From: a virus
Lineage: Duplodnaviria > Caudoviricetes
DNA: 27,885 bases
Direction: 5' to 3' (one strand)
IMG/VR virus record: IMGVR_UViG_3300036778_000080
Coordinates: 1-27,885 of that record
Position 1 is the first letter of the stretch, and the number at the start of each line of letters is the position of its first letter. The translations under genes and the position numbers were made by a program. A model generated the notes under the pieces. That model saw nothing but the letters and a program-made list of their open reading frames with translations, had not been told where the DNA came from and ran no database searches. This document shows positions 7,882 through 15,484 of this stretch, piece by piece.

Positions 7882-8313
7882 TTACGGGCTAGGTGTCGTC
7901 GAGCCAGAACCGCCGGTGATGTCGCCACCAGTCCCGCCGCCAGTGGTATCGCCACCTCCAGGGGTGGTGACCGGAGGAGGGGCCGGGGTGTTAGCCGTGA
8001 CCGCGGTTCCCAGCTTGGTGCTCTCGGCGTCCAGCTTGGCGGACAGGTCGGTGATCGCCTGAAGCTGCGCGGGCGTGGCGCCGGCGGCCAGTGCTTCCTG
8101 CACCGCGGTATTGATCAGCGTCGGAATGTTGCTGATCAGCGCAACGGCACTGTCAGTGACCGAAGTATTCTGCGCAACCTCCTGCTGAAGCTGGGCAATG
8201 GCGTCGTCGAGTGCGGACATTTTCGCCTCCAATCGGTGCAGGATCGCCAGCAATGCCTCGCCGATATCGGTGGCGCTGCTGCCGAAGTGGTGATGAACGT
8301 GGATGGTGATCAC
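7882..8313 (-). CDS. phage coiled-coil protein with Pro/Gly/Thr tail (alternative start MSALDD at 8220)
   Basis: heptad helices ending ...AVTANTP; GGAGG RBS before the internal ATG. Confidence 0.7.
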   Translation of the reverse strand: MITIHVHHHFGSSATDIGEALLAILHRLEAKMSALDDAIAQLQQEVAQNTSVTDSAVALISNIPTLINTAVQEALAAGATPAQLQAITDLSAKLDAESTKLGTAVTANTPAPPPVTTPGGGDTTGGGTGGDITGGSGSTTPSP

Positions 8314-8448
8314 GCCCCGGTATAACGTGGCGTCCGATTGCCCATCAATGACGGTTGCGCGACGGAATGGCAGTCAGCATCAACGATCTGAAATGCAGCG
8401 TCTGCGGCTCGCCCGACGTGGTCCGGATCGACCCTGGCACCAGCCAGG

Positions 8449-8736
8449 TCAGGCGGGCGGGTATTCTCCTGGTGCGGTCGGTAAAGCCGTGGGCGACGTG
8501 CTCGGCTCTGTCGTGCTGGCCGGCCGCGCCACAATCGAGGCGCGCCAACCGAGGCGAGCGAACGACTTCCGGAGTTTGTCCCGGTGCTGCCCAACAGCCC
8601 AACGCATCAGGATCGGGGCGGAGAAAAAGCACACGCCAGTCTGCGGGTCGATCAGCAAGCCAGCCGTGAAGGCGTAGGGCGGCGGGGCGACCACGCGGAC
8701 CAGGATAGCGCCGGCATAGCGCTCGCCCGGGGTCAT
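8449..8736 (-). CDS. hypothetical protein (95 aa)
   Basis: ATGA coupling; FTAGL...APILMRW. Confidence 0.55.
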   Translation of the reverse strand: MTPGERYAGAILVRVVAPPPYAFTAGLLIDPQTGVCFFSAPILMRWAVGQHRDKLRKSFARLGWRASIVARPASTTEPSTSPTALPTAPGEYPPA

Positions 8737-8978
8737 CGCACGGCGGCCAGCACGGCTCGGATGCAGGCGGCGTCTCGCAGGTCTTCCATGCGCGGCGCTG
8801 CATTTGACCTGAAGGGGTGGGTCTCGATCACCACGGGCGACACCACGTCGAGGTCATCGTGCCGGAAAATCTCTTGGCAGTTGCGGCCCTTGTTGCTGCG
8901 CACGCCCCATCGGGCGCTTTCCTCCCGCCATATGCGGACCAAGGCGGCTCCATCCGGGGTGATCGGCAGCGATACCAT
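8733..8978 (-). CDS. hypothetical protein (81 aa)
   Basis: TGATG coupling to the ASCH stop. Confidence 0.6.
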   Translation of the reverse strand: MVSLPITPDGAALVRIWREESARWGVRSNKGRNCQEIFRHDDLDVVSPVVIETHPFRSNAAPRMEDLRDAACIRAVLAAVR

Positions 8979-9394
8979 CAGGCAAGCCTCCGGAACGGCA
9001 GGAAGTCTTCCCAGCGCAGCAGCACGCCGGACCAGAGCGCGCGGCCGGGATGGTTCTTGGTCCAGAAGTCCCGCATGGCGGCCCAGTGCTCGAAGCCATC
9101 GGAACGCGCGAAGGCGTCCAGCATGCCGGGCCTTTGGATGATCCGGTCTCCTGGCTCCGTCAGGAAGTCGTGCCCGATGCGGATGCGGTTTTCCGCAAGG
9201 TCGATGGTGATCGGCTTGGCATCGACGCACGTCCCGGTGCCGATCATCCGGCAGTGCTTGGTGCGCAGTCCGACGTAAAGCTGCATGCGCTCGGTCGGCT
9301 CGGCGTGGCGCTTGCGGTGCGCGCGGATGGTCTGCCGCTTGATGCCGGCAAGGATCGGCGCCTCGAACTGGCGCTGAAAGCTATAGGCGACCAT
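8978..9394 (-). CDS. ASCH-domain protein
   Basis: SF..QF..PIL.GIKRQTIR (GxKxxTxR) and FARSDGF motifs. Confidence 0.85.
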   Translation of the reverse strand: MVAYSFQRQFEAPILAGIKRQTIRAHRKRHAEPTERMQLYVGLRTKHCRMIGTGTCVDAKPITIDLAENRIRIGHDFLTEPGDRIIQRPGMLDAFARSDGFEHWAAMRDFWTKNHPGRALWSGVLLRWEDFLPFRRLA

Positions 9395-10260
9395 CAGTCG
9401 GTTCCCGGTGGCTCAAGGTTTCTCTCCCATCCAGGCTCGAATAACTTCGGCGGCGGCGTGCGGATTGATCGCGTTCCCGTAGGCGCGCAGCTTGGCCACG
9501 TCTCCGGGATGCCTTGCAGCCAACGGGAAAAGTCCGGGTTGAGTAGGCCGCGCGAATCCGTCCGCGCATCTGATCCACTCAAGCTCGCTCCAGGGATGAC
9601 GTGGGCGACCTGGTTGTTCAGTTGCTCCCCCTTCGCGCCTCCGCCCCGCTCCTCGTAGCTCTCGTGGTTCGGCGTGCGATAGTCGCGGCTCGCTGGCGTG
9701 GCCCATGCTGCTGCCGCCACCAGACATACCGCGCCCGGCCTGGGCGTGATCTCGCCCCGCTTCTCCGCGTCGTTCCCCACCGGCGTCGGCCAGGGTGCGA
9801 GCGCCCCACCAGAGGCGTTCCCGGAGGTTCGGCGCGCCACACCCCGCTGAACTGAAACCCAGCGCCCCGCAGGCGTAGCCAAGTGCCTCCAGGTCAGACG
9901 ATACAACGTCGAGCCAAGCGAAACCGTCCGGTCCCGCAACCTGCTCCCCCACAATCTCGATAGGGCAGTGCTGCGCAATGAGCCAATGGGCGGCCGGCCA
10001 GAGGTGGCGATCGTCAGCAAACCCTGCTCGATCGCCTGCCTTGCTGAAAGGTTGGCACGGGCAGGAGGCTGTCCAGACGGGGCGATCGTCGCTCCATCCA
10101 GCCAGCCGGAGCGCGTGGGACCACAGTCCGATTCCTGCGAACAGGTGGACCTGTCGGTATCCGTCGAGGTCGGAAGGGAGCACGTCTCGGATGTCCCTGG
10201 CGTCAACGTCTCCAGGGGCCACAAGTCCGGCTGTGATGAGGTTCCGGAGCCACTGCGCAC
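9394..10260 (-). CDS. alternative-frame ORF nested in the MTase gene (putative beta polypeptide; true start uncertain)
   Basis: WPTP/WATP elements and motif IX-like LNPDFSRWLQGIP; its TGA overlaps the ASCH ATG. Confidence 0.65.
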   Translation of the reverse strand: MRSGSGTSSQPDLWPLETLTPGTSETCSLPTSTDTDRSTCSQESDCGPTRSGWLDGATIAPSGQPPARANLSARQAIEQGLLTIATSGRPPIGSLRSTALSRLWGSRLRDRTVSLGSTLYRLTWRHLATPAGRWVSVQRGVARRTSGNASGGALAPWPTPVGNDAEKRGEITPRPGAVCLVAAAAWATPASRDYRTPNHESYEERGGGAKGEQLNNQVAHVIPGASLSGSDARTDSRGLLNPDFSRWLQGIPETWPSCAPTGTRSIRTPPPKLFEPGWERNLEPPGTD

Positions 10261-10294
10261 AGAAAGGATCGCTTTCGTTGTAGTAGGCGGTCAC
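9413..10294 (-). CDS. C5 DNA cytosine methyltransferase (alpha polypeptide)
   Basis: motif I LFAGIG, motif IV CPCQPFS, motif VI EQV, motif VIII RERLW, motif X YGNAI; YYNE.DP N-terminus. Confidence 0.92.
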   Translation of the reverse strand: MTAYYNESDPFCAQWLRNLITAGLVAPGDVDARDIRDVLPSDLDGYRQVHLFAGIGLWSHALRLAGWSDDRPVWTASCPCQPFSKAGDRAGFADDRHLWPAAHWLIAQHCPIEIVGEQVAGPDGFAWLDVVSSDLEALGYACGALGFSSAGCGAPNLRERLWWGARTLADAGGERRGEAGRDHAQAGRGMSGGGSSMGHASEPRLSHAEPRELRGAGRRREGGATEQPGRPRHPWSELEWIRCADGFARPTQPGLFPLAARHPGDVAKLRAYGNAINPHAAAEVIRAWMGEKP

Positions 10295-10572
10295 GGCTTC
10301 TGCGTCACACCGGCGCGTCTCTCGCGGGCGTTGCGCATATACATGACTTCGATGGCTTGCAGGTCTTCATAGCGGCGCTGCAACTGATCGACGTGCTCGG
10401 TGTCGCGTTCCTGCGTGGCGAGCGTGATTGCGTTCAGTACCGCCTCCATCTCGGCCCGCGGGTTCTTCGGACGCCTGTAGCGGAGAAGCGACCTGCCGCT
10501 CACACACTCGTTGCAGATTACGCCTGCCGCGAAGCCGCAGACGGCGACAAAGACGAACAGAAAAAAGAGCAT
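10291..10572 (-). CDS. membrane-anchored protein (93 aa)
   Basis: N-terminal TM MLFFLFVFVAVCGFAAGVIC; GTGA coupling to the MTase. Confidence 0.65.
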   Translation of the reverse strand: MLFFLFVFVAVCGFAAGVICNECVSGRSLLRYRRPKNPRAEMEAVLNAITLATQERDTEHVDQLQRRYEDLQAIEVMYMRNARERRAGVTQKP

Positions 10573-10585
10573 CGGCGTGCCTGTT

Positions 10586-10930
10586 TCAGCCCCGGACATA
10601 GGCCACGCCGATCGCGCCGACCTTGCGGCCATCTTCGCCGATCTCGTCCGGGGATCGGGACACGCGCCTTCCGGTGCCAGGGTGCCGGTGCCAGCCTTCC
10701 GGCTCGCCCGTGCCATCCCACGCGTCGAGCGCTGCCTGCGCGCTGGCCATGTCGTGGTAGCACCAGCGATCGTCATACCCGATGCGATCGAACATGCGGC
10801 CGGTGACGATGGCGGTGGTGAACATCATGGGCCTGATGGCGGCCCAGTGCCCGTTCGGCAGGAGCCGCACGTGTCGGTGCTCCCCCTCCTCGATCAGCCA
10901 CACCAGATAGGCCAGTTCAGCCTCGGTCAT
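10586..10930 (-). CDS. conserved phage hypothetical protein (114 aa)
   Basis: FTTAI...GYDDRWCY...W.G..EP.GW.RH pattern; TGATG coupling. Confidence 0.75.
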   Translation of the reverse strand: MTEAELAYLVWLIEEGEHRHVRLLPNGHWAAIRPMMFTTAIVTGRMFDRIGYDDRWCYHDMASAQAALDAWDGTGEPEGWHRHPGTGRRVSRSPDEIGEDGRKVGAIGVAYVRG

Positions 10931-11841
10931 CAGAACACCCCCGCATTCGGATTGCCGACGTGGTGCTGGTTCGCCCGGCGCCAGAACATGTGTTCGTCGC
11001 CGCGCATGAGCATGAGGTGCGCGATCACGTCGTCAGTCGGGCACATCGCACCCGCCCAACTCCCCTCGTAGTAGGCAATCGGGTGCAGGCAGAGTGCTGC
11101 AATCACCCGCATTCCGGTATGGCCCTTGTGAGTGCGGTGGCTGATTGCGAGGGTCGGGCGCAGTCGCCGAAACAGGTAGTGGATGCCGCTGCGGCGGCTC
11201 GGCTCCATGAACATCCCGGTCAGCAGATACTGCTTGAACGGCCGGTGTCGCAGCAGCGTGCCAAGCGTGTGCACCGCGGCGCCTTCCTGCTCGATGCCCC
11301 ACGCGTCCGCCGCGTAGAGCGTGTGCAGCATCTTGTCGGTGGGCTGCTCGCCGACGAACAGCTTGCCCCAATCGATCTTGCCGGATGCCTCCTGCCATAT
11401 GACCACGTCGCAGCGCAGCCGATCGGACCAGAAATGGTTGCGCACGGTCGATGTCCGGTCTCGCTCTTCCGGCTCGGGGCGCGGGTTCACGCTGTCGTCG
11501 AATCCGCGGATGTTCTCGGCCAGCGGATAGGTTGGTTCCACGACCAACCGCGCACCCTGCATCGGCATCGGGTAGCCGGCCCATTCCTCCCGCTCGGCTG
11601 CGATTGCGCGCAAGCCGTTGCGGACGCCGGACAGCGGATCGACGTGGTCGAGGAGGGCGCGCTTATCCGCCGGCAGTGCGAGCGACGGCGACGGATCGTG
11701 TGCTCTCTGCCGCGACCTTTCGAGTGCCTCGGACACGGCGTCCAACGTGCCTGGGGGTAGCAAGCGGACTACCTTCCGAAGCACTTTCTTGCGGCTCTTC
11801 TGCTGCTGGTGCCGCTGCCGGCTCTTGGTCTGCTTGCGCAT
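10930..11841 (-). CDS. uncharacterised putative enzyme with LCLHP...D...AN motif (start uncertain)
   Basis: globular C-terminal region; candidate ATG at 11841 with GAGG RBS inside the upstream gene. Confidence 0.75.
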   Translation of the reverse strand: MRKQTKSRQRHQQQKSRKKVLRKVVRLLPPGTLDAVSEALERSRQRAHDPSPSLALPADKRALLDHVDPLSGVRNGLRAIAAEREEWAGYPMPMQGARLVVEPTYPLAENIRGFDDSVNPRPEPEERDRTSTVRNHFWSDRLRCDVVIWQEASGKIDWGKLFVGEQPTDKMLHTLYAADAWGIEQEGAAVHTLGTLLRHRPFKQYLLTGMFMEPSRRSGIHYLFRRLRPTLAISHRTHKGHTGMRVIAALCLHPIAYYEGSWAGAMCPTDDVIAHLMLMRGDEHMFWRRANQHHVGNPNAGVF

Positions 11842-12094
11842 GGTCTGCCTCTTGGGCCTGGACGGGGTCGAAATCGGCGATGACGTACTCGCAGGTCTCT
11901 TCGTCGAAGTCGGTGGCTCGGGTGAAAAACTTGGTGCCGTCGCTGCTGGTGGTCTCCACCAGCAGCGCGTAGCCGCGGCGGAGCATGTCTCGGACGATGC
12001 GCGCAGCTCGGATGCGCTCGGCGGGGTTGCTCGGATCGAACGACAGCTTCGTGTCTCCGGCACCCACGTTCAGGATGCCGACTGTTCCGGACAT
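11663..12094 (-). CDS. small protein ending in C-terminal Gly-Gly (143 aa)
   Basis: GDTKLSFD...RGY...FD core; C-terminus VAVARTAGG; AAGGA RBS. Confidence 0.8.
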   Translation of the reverse strand: MSGTVGILNVGAGDTKLSFDPSNPAERIRAARIVRDMLRRGYALLVETTSSDGTKFFTRATDFDEETCEYVIADFDPVQAQEADHAQADQEPAAAPAAEEPQESASEGSPLATPRHVGRRVRGTRKVAAESTRSVAVARTAGG

Positions 12095-12107
12095 TGCGGG
12101 GTTTCCT

Positions 12108-12347
12108 TCAATCGAGGTCGAGGTGCTGAAGCGCGAACTTGATCGCCTGATGGGCGAATTCCCGGTTGCTGATGTTGAGCGTGGCGCATGCGCGGTTCGC
12201 GGTGCGTGCCTGTTCGCCGTCGAGGCGGATGTTGGCGACGATCCAGATGCTCTCGGACCGGTTCAGCCGGACGGCCACGGGCTTGAATGATGCCGGCGCG
12301 CTTTCGTCCGGCGTCTGCCCGATACGGAACGGTGGCGGCTTCGACAT
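12108..12347 (-). CDS. ribbon-helix-helix-like DNA-binding protein
   Basis: NIRLD...A..AC..LNIS.REF..QAI.FAL pattern. Confidence 0.55.
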   Translation of the reverse strand: MSKPPPFRIGQTPDESAPASFKPVAVRLNRSESIWIVANIRLDGEQARTANRACATLNISNREFAHQAIKFALQHLDLD

Positions 12348-12359
12348 CGCCCGGCGTGG

Positions 12360-12563
12360 TCACCCCGCGTTGTCTCCAGAGCGAGACGATACGACAGCAT
12401 CACGCATGCGATCCAGGTCTCTCAACAGCGTATCGAGCAGGTCGAGATAGTGGCCGCGCTTCTGCTCCGGCGGGCACTCGCTGGCGATCTCCAGCATCGC
12501 ACCGGCCAATGTCAGCGATATGCCGTTCCGCGCGTGGCGGATAATCACCCCTGGCGCACTCAT
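12360..12563 (-). CDS. hypothetical protein (67 aa)
   Basis: ATGA coupling. Confidence 0.6.
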   Translation of the reverse strand: MSAPGVIIRHARNGISLTLAGAMLEIASECPPEQKRGHYLDLLDTLLRDLDRMRDAVVSSRSGDNAG

Positions 12564-12757
12564 CGGCGGTACACCCGGACGTTGAGCATGCTGCGCAGCG
12601 CCAGAAACTCGCCATGCGGCAGGTCGTGGATGCCGTCCGCGGTCGAGGTGTACTCGCACGTCGCGCAAAGCTGGTTGCGGCTCAACTCGGTCTGCGTATC
12701 GCTATACCAGACCACGTGATTGCCGCAGCCTTCGCAGGTGTAGGCGGTCTCGCTCAA
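12560..12757 (-). CDS. small Zn-finger protein
   Basis: CxxC...CxxC. Confidence 0.65.
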   Translation of the reverse strand: MSETAYTCEGCGNHVVWYSDTQTELSRNQLCATCEYTSTADGIHDLPHGEFLALRSMLNVRVYRR

Positions 12758-13137
12758 GGTCGGCGTCTCCGCGTCTTGGGGTGGCCCATGTTCCGCTCCT
12801 CGTGGCCCATGATGCGGCGCACGGCCAGATACTGGCGATGGGACAAGCCGCTCATTGCTCGGCTGCGTGAGGTGCAGAAACAGATGGTGCAGAACTGGTC
12901 GGCGGCGTCTTCGACCATGGCAAAGGTGCGTAAGCCGCAGCCTTCGCAGTTGAACTCTTGCAGGATGGAGTGGCCGATCGCATCGGGCGATATGTCGGCG
13001 TCCTCGTCCACGGCGCTGGTCAGCGGAATGCCGTCCTCGGCGAACGTCTTACAGTGCCCGCAATAGCGCTGGTACACGTCCATCGGGTGGTAGCTGGTGC
13101 GCCCGCATTTCGGGCACGTGTATGCCGGCGTCGGCAT
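12754..13137 (-). CDS. double Zn-finger protein
   Basis: CPKC...YCGHC and CEGC...CTIC; second finger resembles the downstream gene. Confidence 0.7.
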   Translation of the reverse strand: MPTPAYTCPKCGRTSYHPMDVYQRYCGHCKTFAEDGIPLTSAVDEDADISPDAIGHSILQEFNCEGCGLRTFAMVEDAADQFCTICFCTSRSRAMSGLSHRQYLAVRRIMGHEERNMGHPKTRRRRP

Positions 13138-13239
13138 CTGATCCCCTTCATTGTCGCGACCGGGACAGGTCGGTAACAGGATGGTGGCGCGAAACGAGAG
13201 GCTTGAACAGGGGTCCGCGCGTCGATTACAGGGGAAGCT

Positions 13240-13710
13240 ATGCCACGAAAGAAAGTCCCTTGGCGGCCGGCAGCGCCTGGTCGCGGCGGCAGCAAGCCCG
13301 GCAGAAAAGGGCAGCCTGCCTTCGAAGCAACCGCGGAACAGCGGCGATCAGTGCAGGCGCTGGCAGCGTCCGGAGCCTCGCATGGCTGTATCTCGCGTGT
13401 GATGCGGATCGCGCCGGCGACGCTCACGCGGCATTTTCAGCAGGAGATGACCACCGGGCGCGAGGATGCGTTGGCCAAGGTGGGCATGCTGCTGGTGGAA
13501 AAGGCGCTGGACGGCGACCTGACGGCGCTAATCTACTCGTCCAAGGCGCTGATGGGCTGGCGCGACCGCACCATGATCGCCTTCGACAACGGGAACGGGC
13601 AGGCGGCTGATCCGTCCGGCCTGTTCAACCTGACGATTACGGGTCTCGGCAACCCGCCGGCTCCTGCTCCCTCTCCGCCCGTGATTGAGCACGTTCCAGC
13701 AGAAGACTGA
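13240..13710 (+). CDS. terminase small subunit-like HTH protein
   Basis: T.EQRR.V.ALA..G....I.......TL..HF..E...G...A..KV......A..GD.TA.I...K...GWRD pattern typical of phage TerS-like proteins. Confidence 0.7.
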   Translation: MPRKKVPWRPAAPGRGGSKPGRKGQPAFEATAEQRRSVQALAASGASHGCISRVMRIAPATLTRHFQQEMTTGREDALAKVGMLLVEKALDGDLTALIYSSKALMGWRDRTMIAFDNGNGQAADPSGLFNLTITGLGNPPAPAPSPPVIEHVPAED

Positions 13711-13861
13711 GCACAACCTCTACCCATCGCGGTACCGGCGTCTGCTGCGCCAGCCATCGGCGGATGGTGCTCTGGTCCACTCCGACCAACCGGGCGAGGT
13801 GAGCGCGCCAAGACTTGCCCCACACGCGCTCCGCCTGCTCTCGCAGGTCGCCCGGCTGCAT
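13637..13861 (-). CDS. small HTH DNA-binding protein (74 aa)
   Basis: ATG overlaps the Ro60 stop (TGATG); LARLVGVDQSTIRRW HTH. Confidence 0.7.
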   Translation of the reverse strand: MQPGDLREQAERVWGKSWRAHLARLVGVDQSTIRRWLAQQTPVPRWVEVVLSLLLERAQSRAEREQEPAGCRDP

Positions 13862-15207
13862 CACGCCAGGGGCACCTCCCTCTCGTACTCGGCTAACCAA
13901 CGGATGATCTGCTCCGAAAACCCGTCGAGGTGCAGCCAACGCGGCCCGTAACCGACGCCGTTCTGTGCCGATGCCACGTTGACCATGTAGCAGCGCGGCG
14001 GCAGCGACCATCGGTCGATCATATGGTTCCAGGTCGCGGTTTGCTCGTCCGTGATGACCACCAGCCGATCGGCGGGCAGTCCGGCAAGCCGGCGCAGCGC
14101 CTCCAGCAGGTGCGTGCTGCCGTGGTACTGGCTGTGCCGGATCGCGTCGATGCCGGCCATGCCGCGGCGGGCGGGTATCTCCTTGGTCTCGCTGCTGAAG
14201 GTGAACAGCCGCATCGCCTCGCATGGCATGACGGCTGCCAGCGTGGCGGCAGCGTCCAGCCGGGAGAGGTCGGACTTGCCGGACAGGCGCTCCTCCATGC
14301 TGGCCGATACGTCCACCAACGTGAGCGTGGTGCCCGGTAGCTTCGGTGCCCCGTTGAGCGATGCCACCAGCGCCTCGTCCAGGAAACCCTCCAGCGACGG
14401 CACGGCGCGCGCGGCGGCCACATAGCGGAACGGCAGCACACGCTGTGCGCCCTTCCGCGCCAGGATCGCGGCATGGATCAGCGACGGATCAACGCCAGCC
14501 TGCACCATGTTCCGCAGATTCCGGAGCAGGGCCATGTAGCCAAGGCGCTCGTCGGACAGCAGCCGCGTCCATTCGGCGCGCTTGTCCTTGGTGGCGCTGA
14601 TCGCGACCTCCCACGTGTCGGGCGCTGGCAGATTGCCAGCAAACAGGGCCTTCCACTGCTCGGCCTGAGCGTCGCTGCCCGGCCGGGGATGGCACAGTCC
14701 CATCACGTCCGTGATCTTCACGGCCACGTCGCGGTTGTACTTGGCAAGCTGGTAGGCATCGAACCGGCGGAGTGCCCGCGCCAGACCCTTGCGGACCTGA
14801 TTGGACAGCTTGGGCTTCAACTCGGACGGCGCCACGTGGTTCAGCCTGGCATAGATCGACAGGAACTCGCCCGGCTCGTCCGCGCGCTGGATGACGTGGT
14901 CGAGCGTCTCGGACACCAGCGAGGTGCCAGACGCCATTTGCGCCAGCCGGGCGGTCAGCAGCAGCGGCACGTGCCGGAGGTGGTGGTGCTGCCGCGCCTC
15001 GATCGCCAGCGACGCGACCTGCTCGGGCGGCACGGCGGCGCAATGCTGCACGATCCGCGCCGCGATGCTCTGCCCGTCCTCGTAAAACTCGTTTTCCCAG
15101 AGCATGCAGGACAGCACGCTGCGGCGCAGTTGCTGCCACGGCGTGATGACGGCGGCCGGTGCCCCTTCGAAGGTGCGCTGAGCGCGTGCGGCGTTGATGC
15201 GTGCCAT
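13861..15207 (-). CDS. rsr: Ro60/TROVE-domain RNA-binding protein with vWA domain
   Basis: TROVE motifs LAKYNR, PDTWE, ALLRNLRN, PFRY; vWA MIDAS DVSAS...T...ITD; adjacent Y RNAs. Confidence 0.93.
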   Translation of the reverse strand: MARINAARAQRTFEGAPAAVITPWQQLRRSVLSCMLWENEFYEDGQSIAARIVQHCAAVPPEQVASLAIEARQHHHLRHVPLLLTARLAQMASGTSLVSETLDHVIQRADEPGEFLSIYARLNHVAPSELKPKLSNQVRKGLARALRRFDAYQLAKYNRDVAVKITDVMGLCHPRPGSDAQAEQWKALFAGNLPAPDTWEVAISATKDKRAEWTRLLSDERLGYMALLRNLRNMVQAGVDPSLIHAAILARKGAQRVLPFRYVAAARAVPSLEGFLDEALVASLNGAPKLPGTTLTLVDVSASMEERLSGKSDLSRLDAAATLAAVMPCEAMRLFTFSSETKEIPARRGMAGIDAIRHSQYHGSTHLLEALRRLAGLPADRLVVITDEQTATWNHMIDRWSLPPRCYMVNVASAQNGVGYGPRWLHLDGFSEQIIRWLAEYEREVPLA

Positions 15208-15238
15208 GACCTTGGGTTCCTGGGAGGAGGAGAGGAAT

Positions 15239-15387
15239 GGCCGCGGGAGAATAATCGAAGTCGGAAACGGGGTTTCCCCCTAGCGCTCTATCCGTTGAGC
15301 TATACAGGCTTGCGCCCATACTTGGATTCGAACCAAGAACCTCTCGCTTACAAGGCGAAGTATCCGGCTTCTACGCTACCCGCGGCC
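15239..15387 (-). ncRNA. yrlA: YrlA-like Y RNA with circularly permuted tRNA-like domain
   Basis: 9-bp terminal stem GGCCGCGGG/CCCGCGGCC; T arm CUUGG-UUCGAAU-CCAAG; 7-bp acceptor stem closed by GCAA; D arm GCUC-AACGGAUA-GAGC; directly upstream of Ro60. Confidence 0.88.
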
Positions 15388-15403
15388 TCCTATACTGTTG
15401 TGC

Positions 15404-15475
15404 CACCGGAGAATATTCGGATGCGGCGTTGGCCGTATGACAAATACGAAGTAACCGCGCCCTACGCTACCGATG
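15404..15475 (-). ncRNA. second, short Y RNA (YrlB-like)
   Basis: terminal stem CAUCGG/CCGGUG; shares GGUAGCGUAG, UACUUCG and CGANUAUUCUCC with the larger RNA. Confidence 0.75.
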
Positions 15476-15484
15476 ACGGGGCCG

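Noticed and set aside
15281-15359. Canonical tRNA-Thr gene or att-site tRNA fragment
   Set aside because: Arms are in permuted order, the acceptor stem is closed by a GCAA loop with no free CCA end, and it is enclosed in a Y RNA stem beside Ro60
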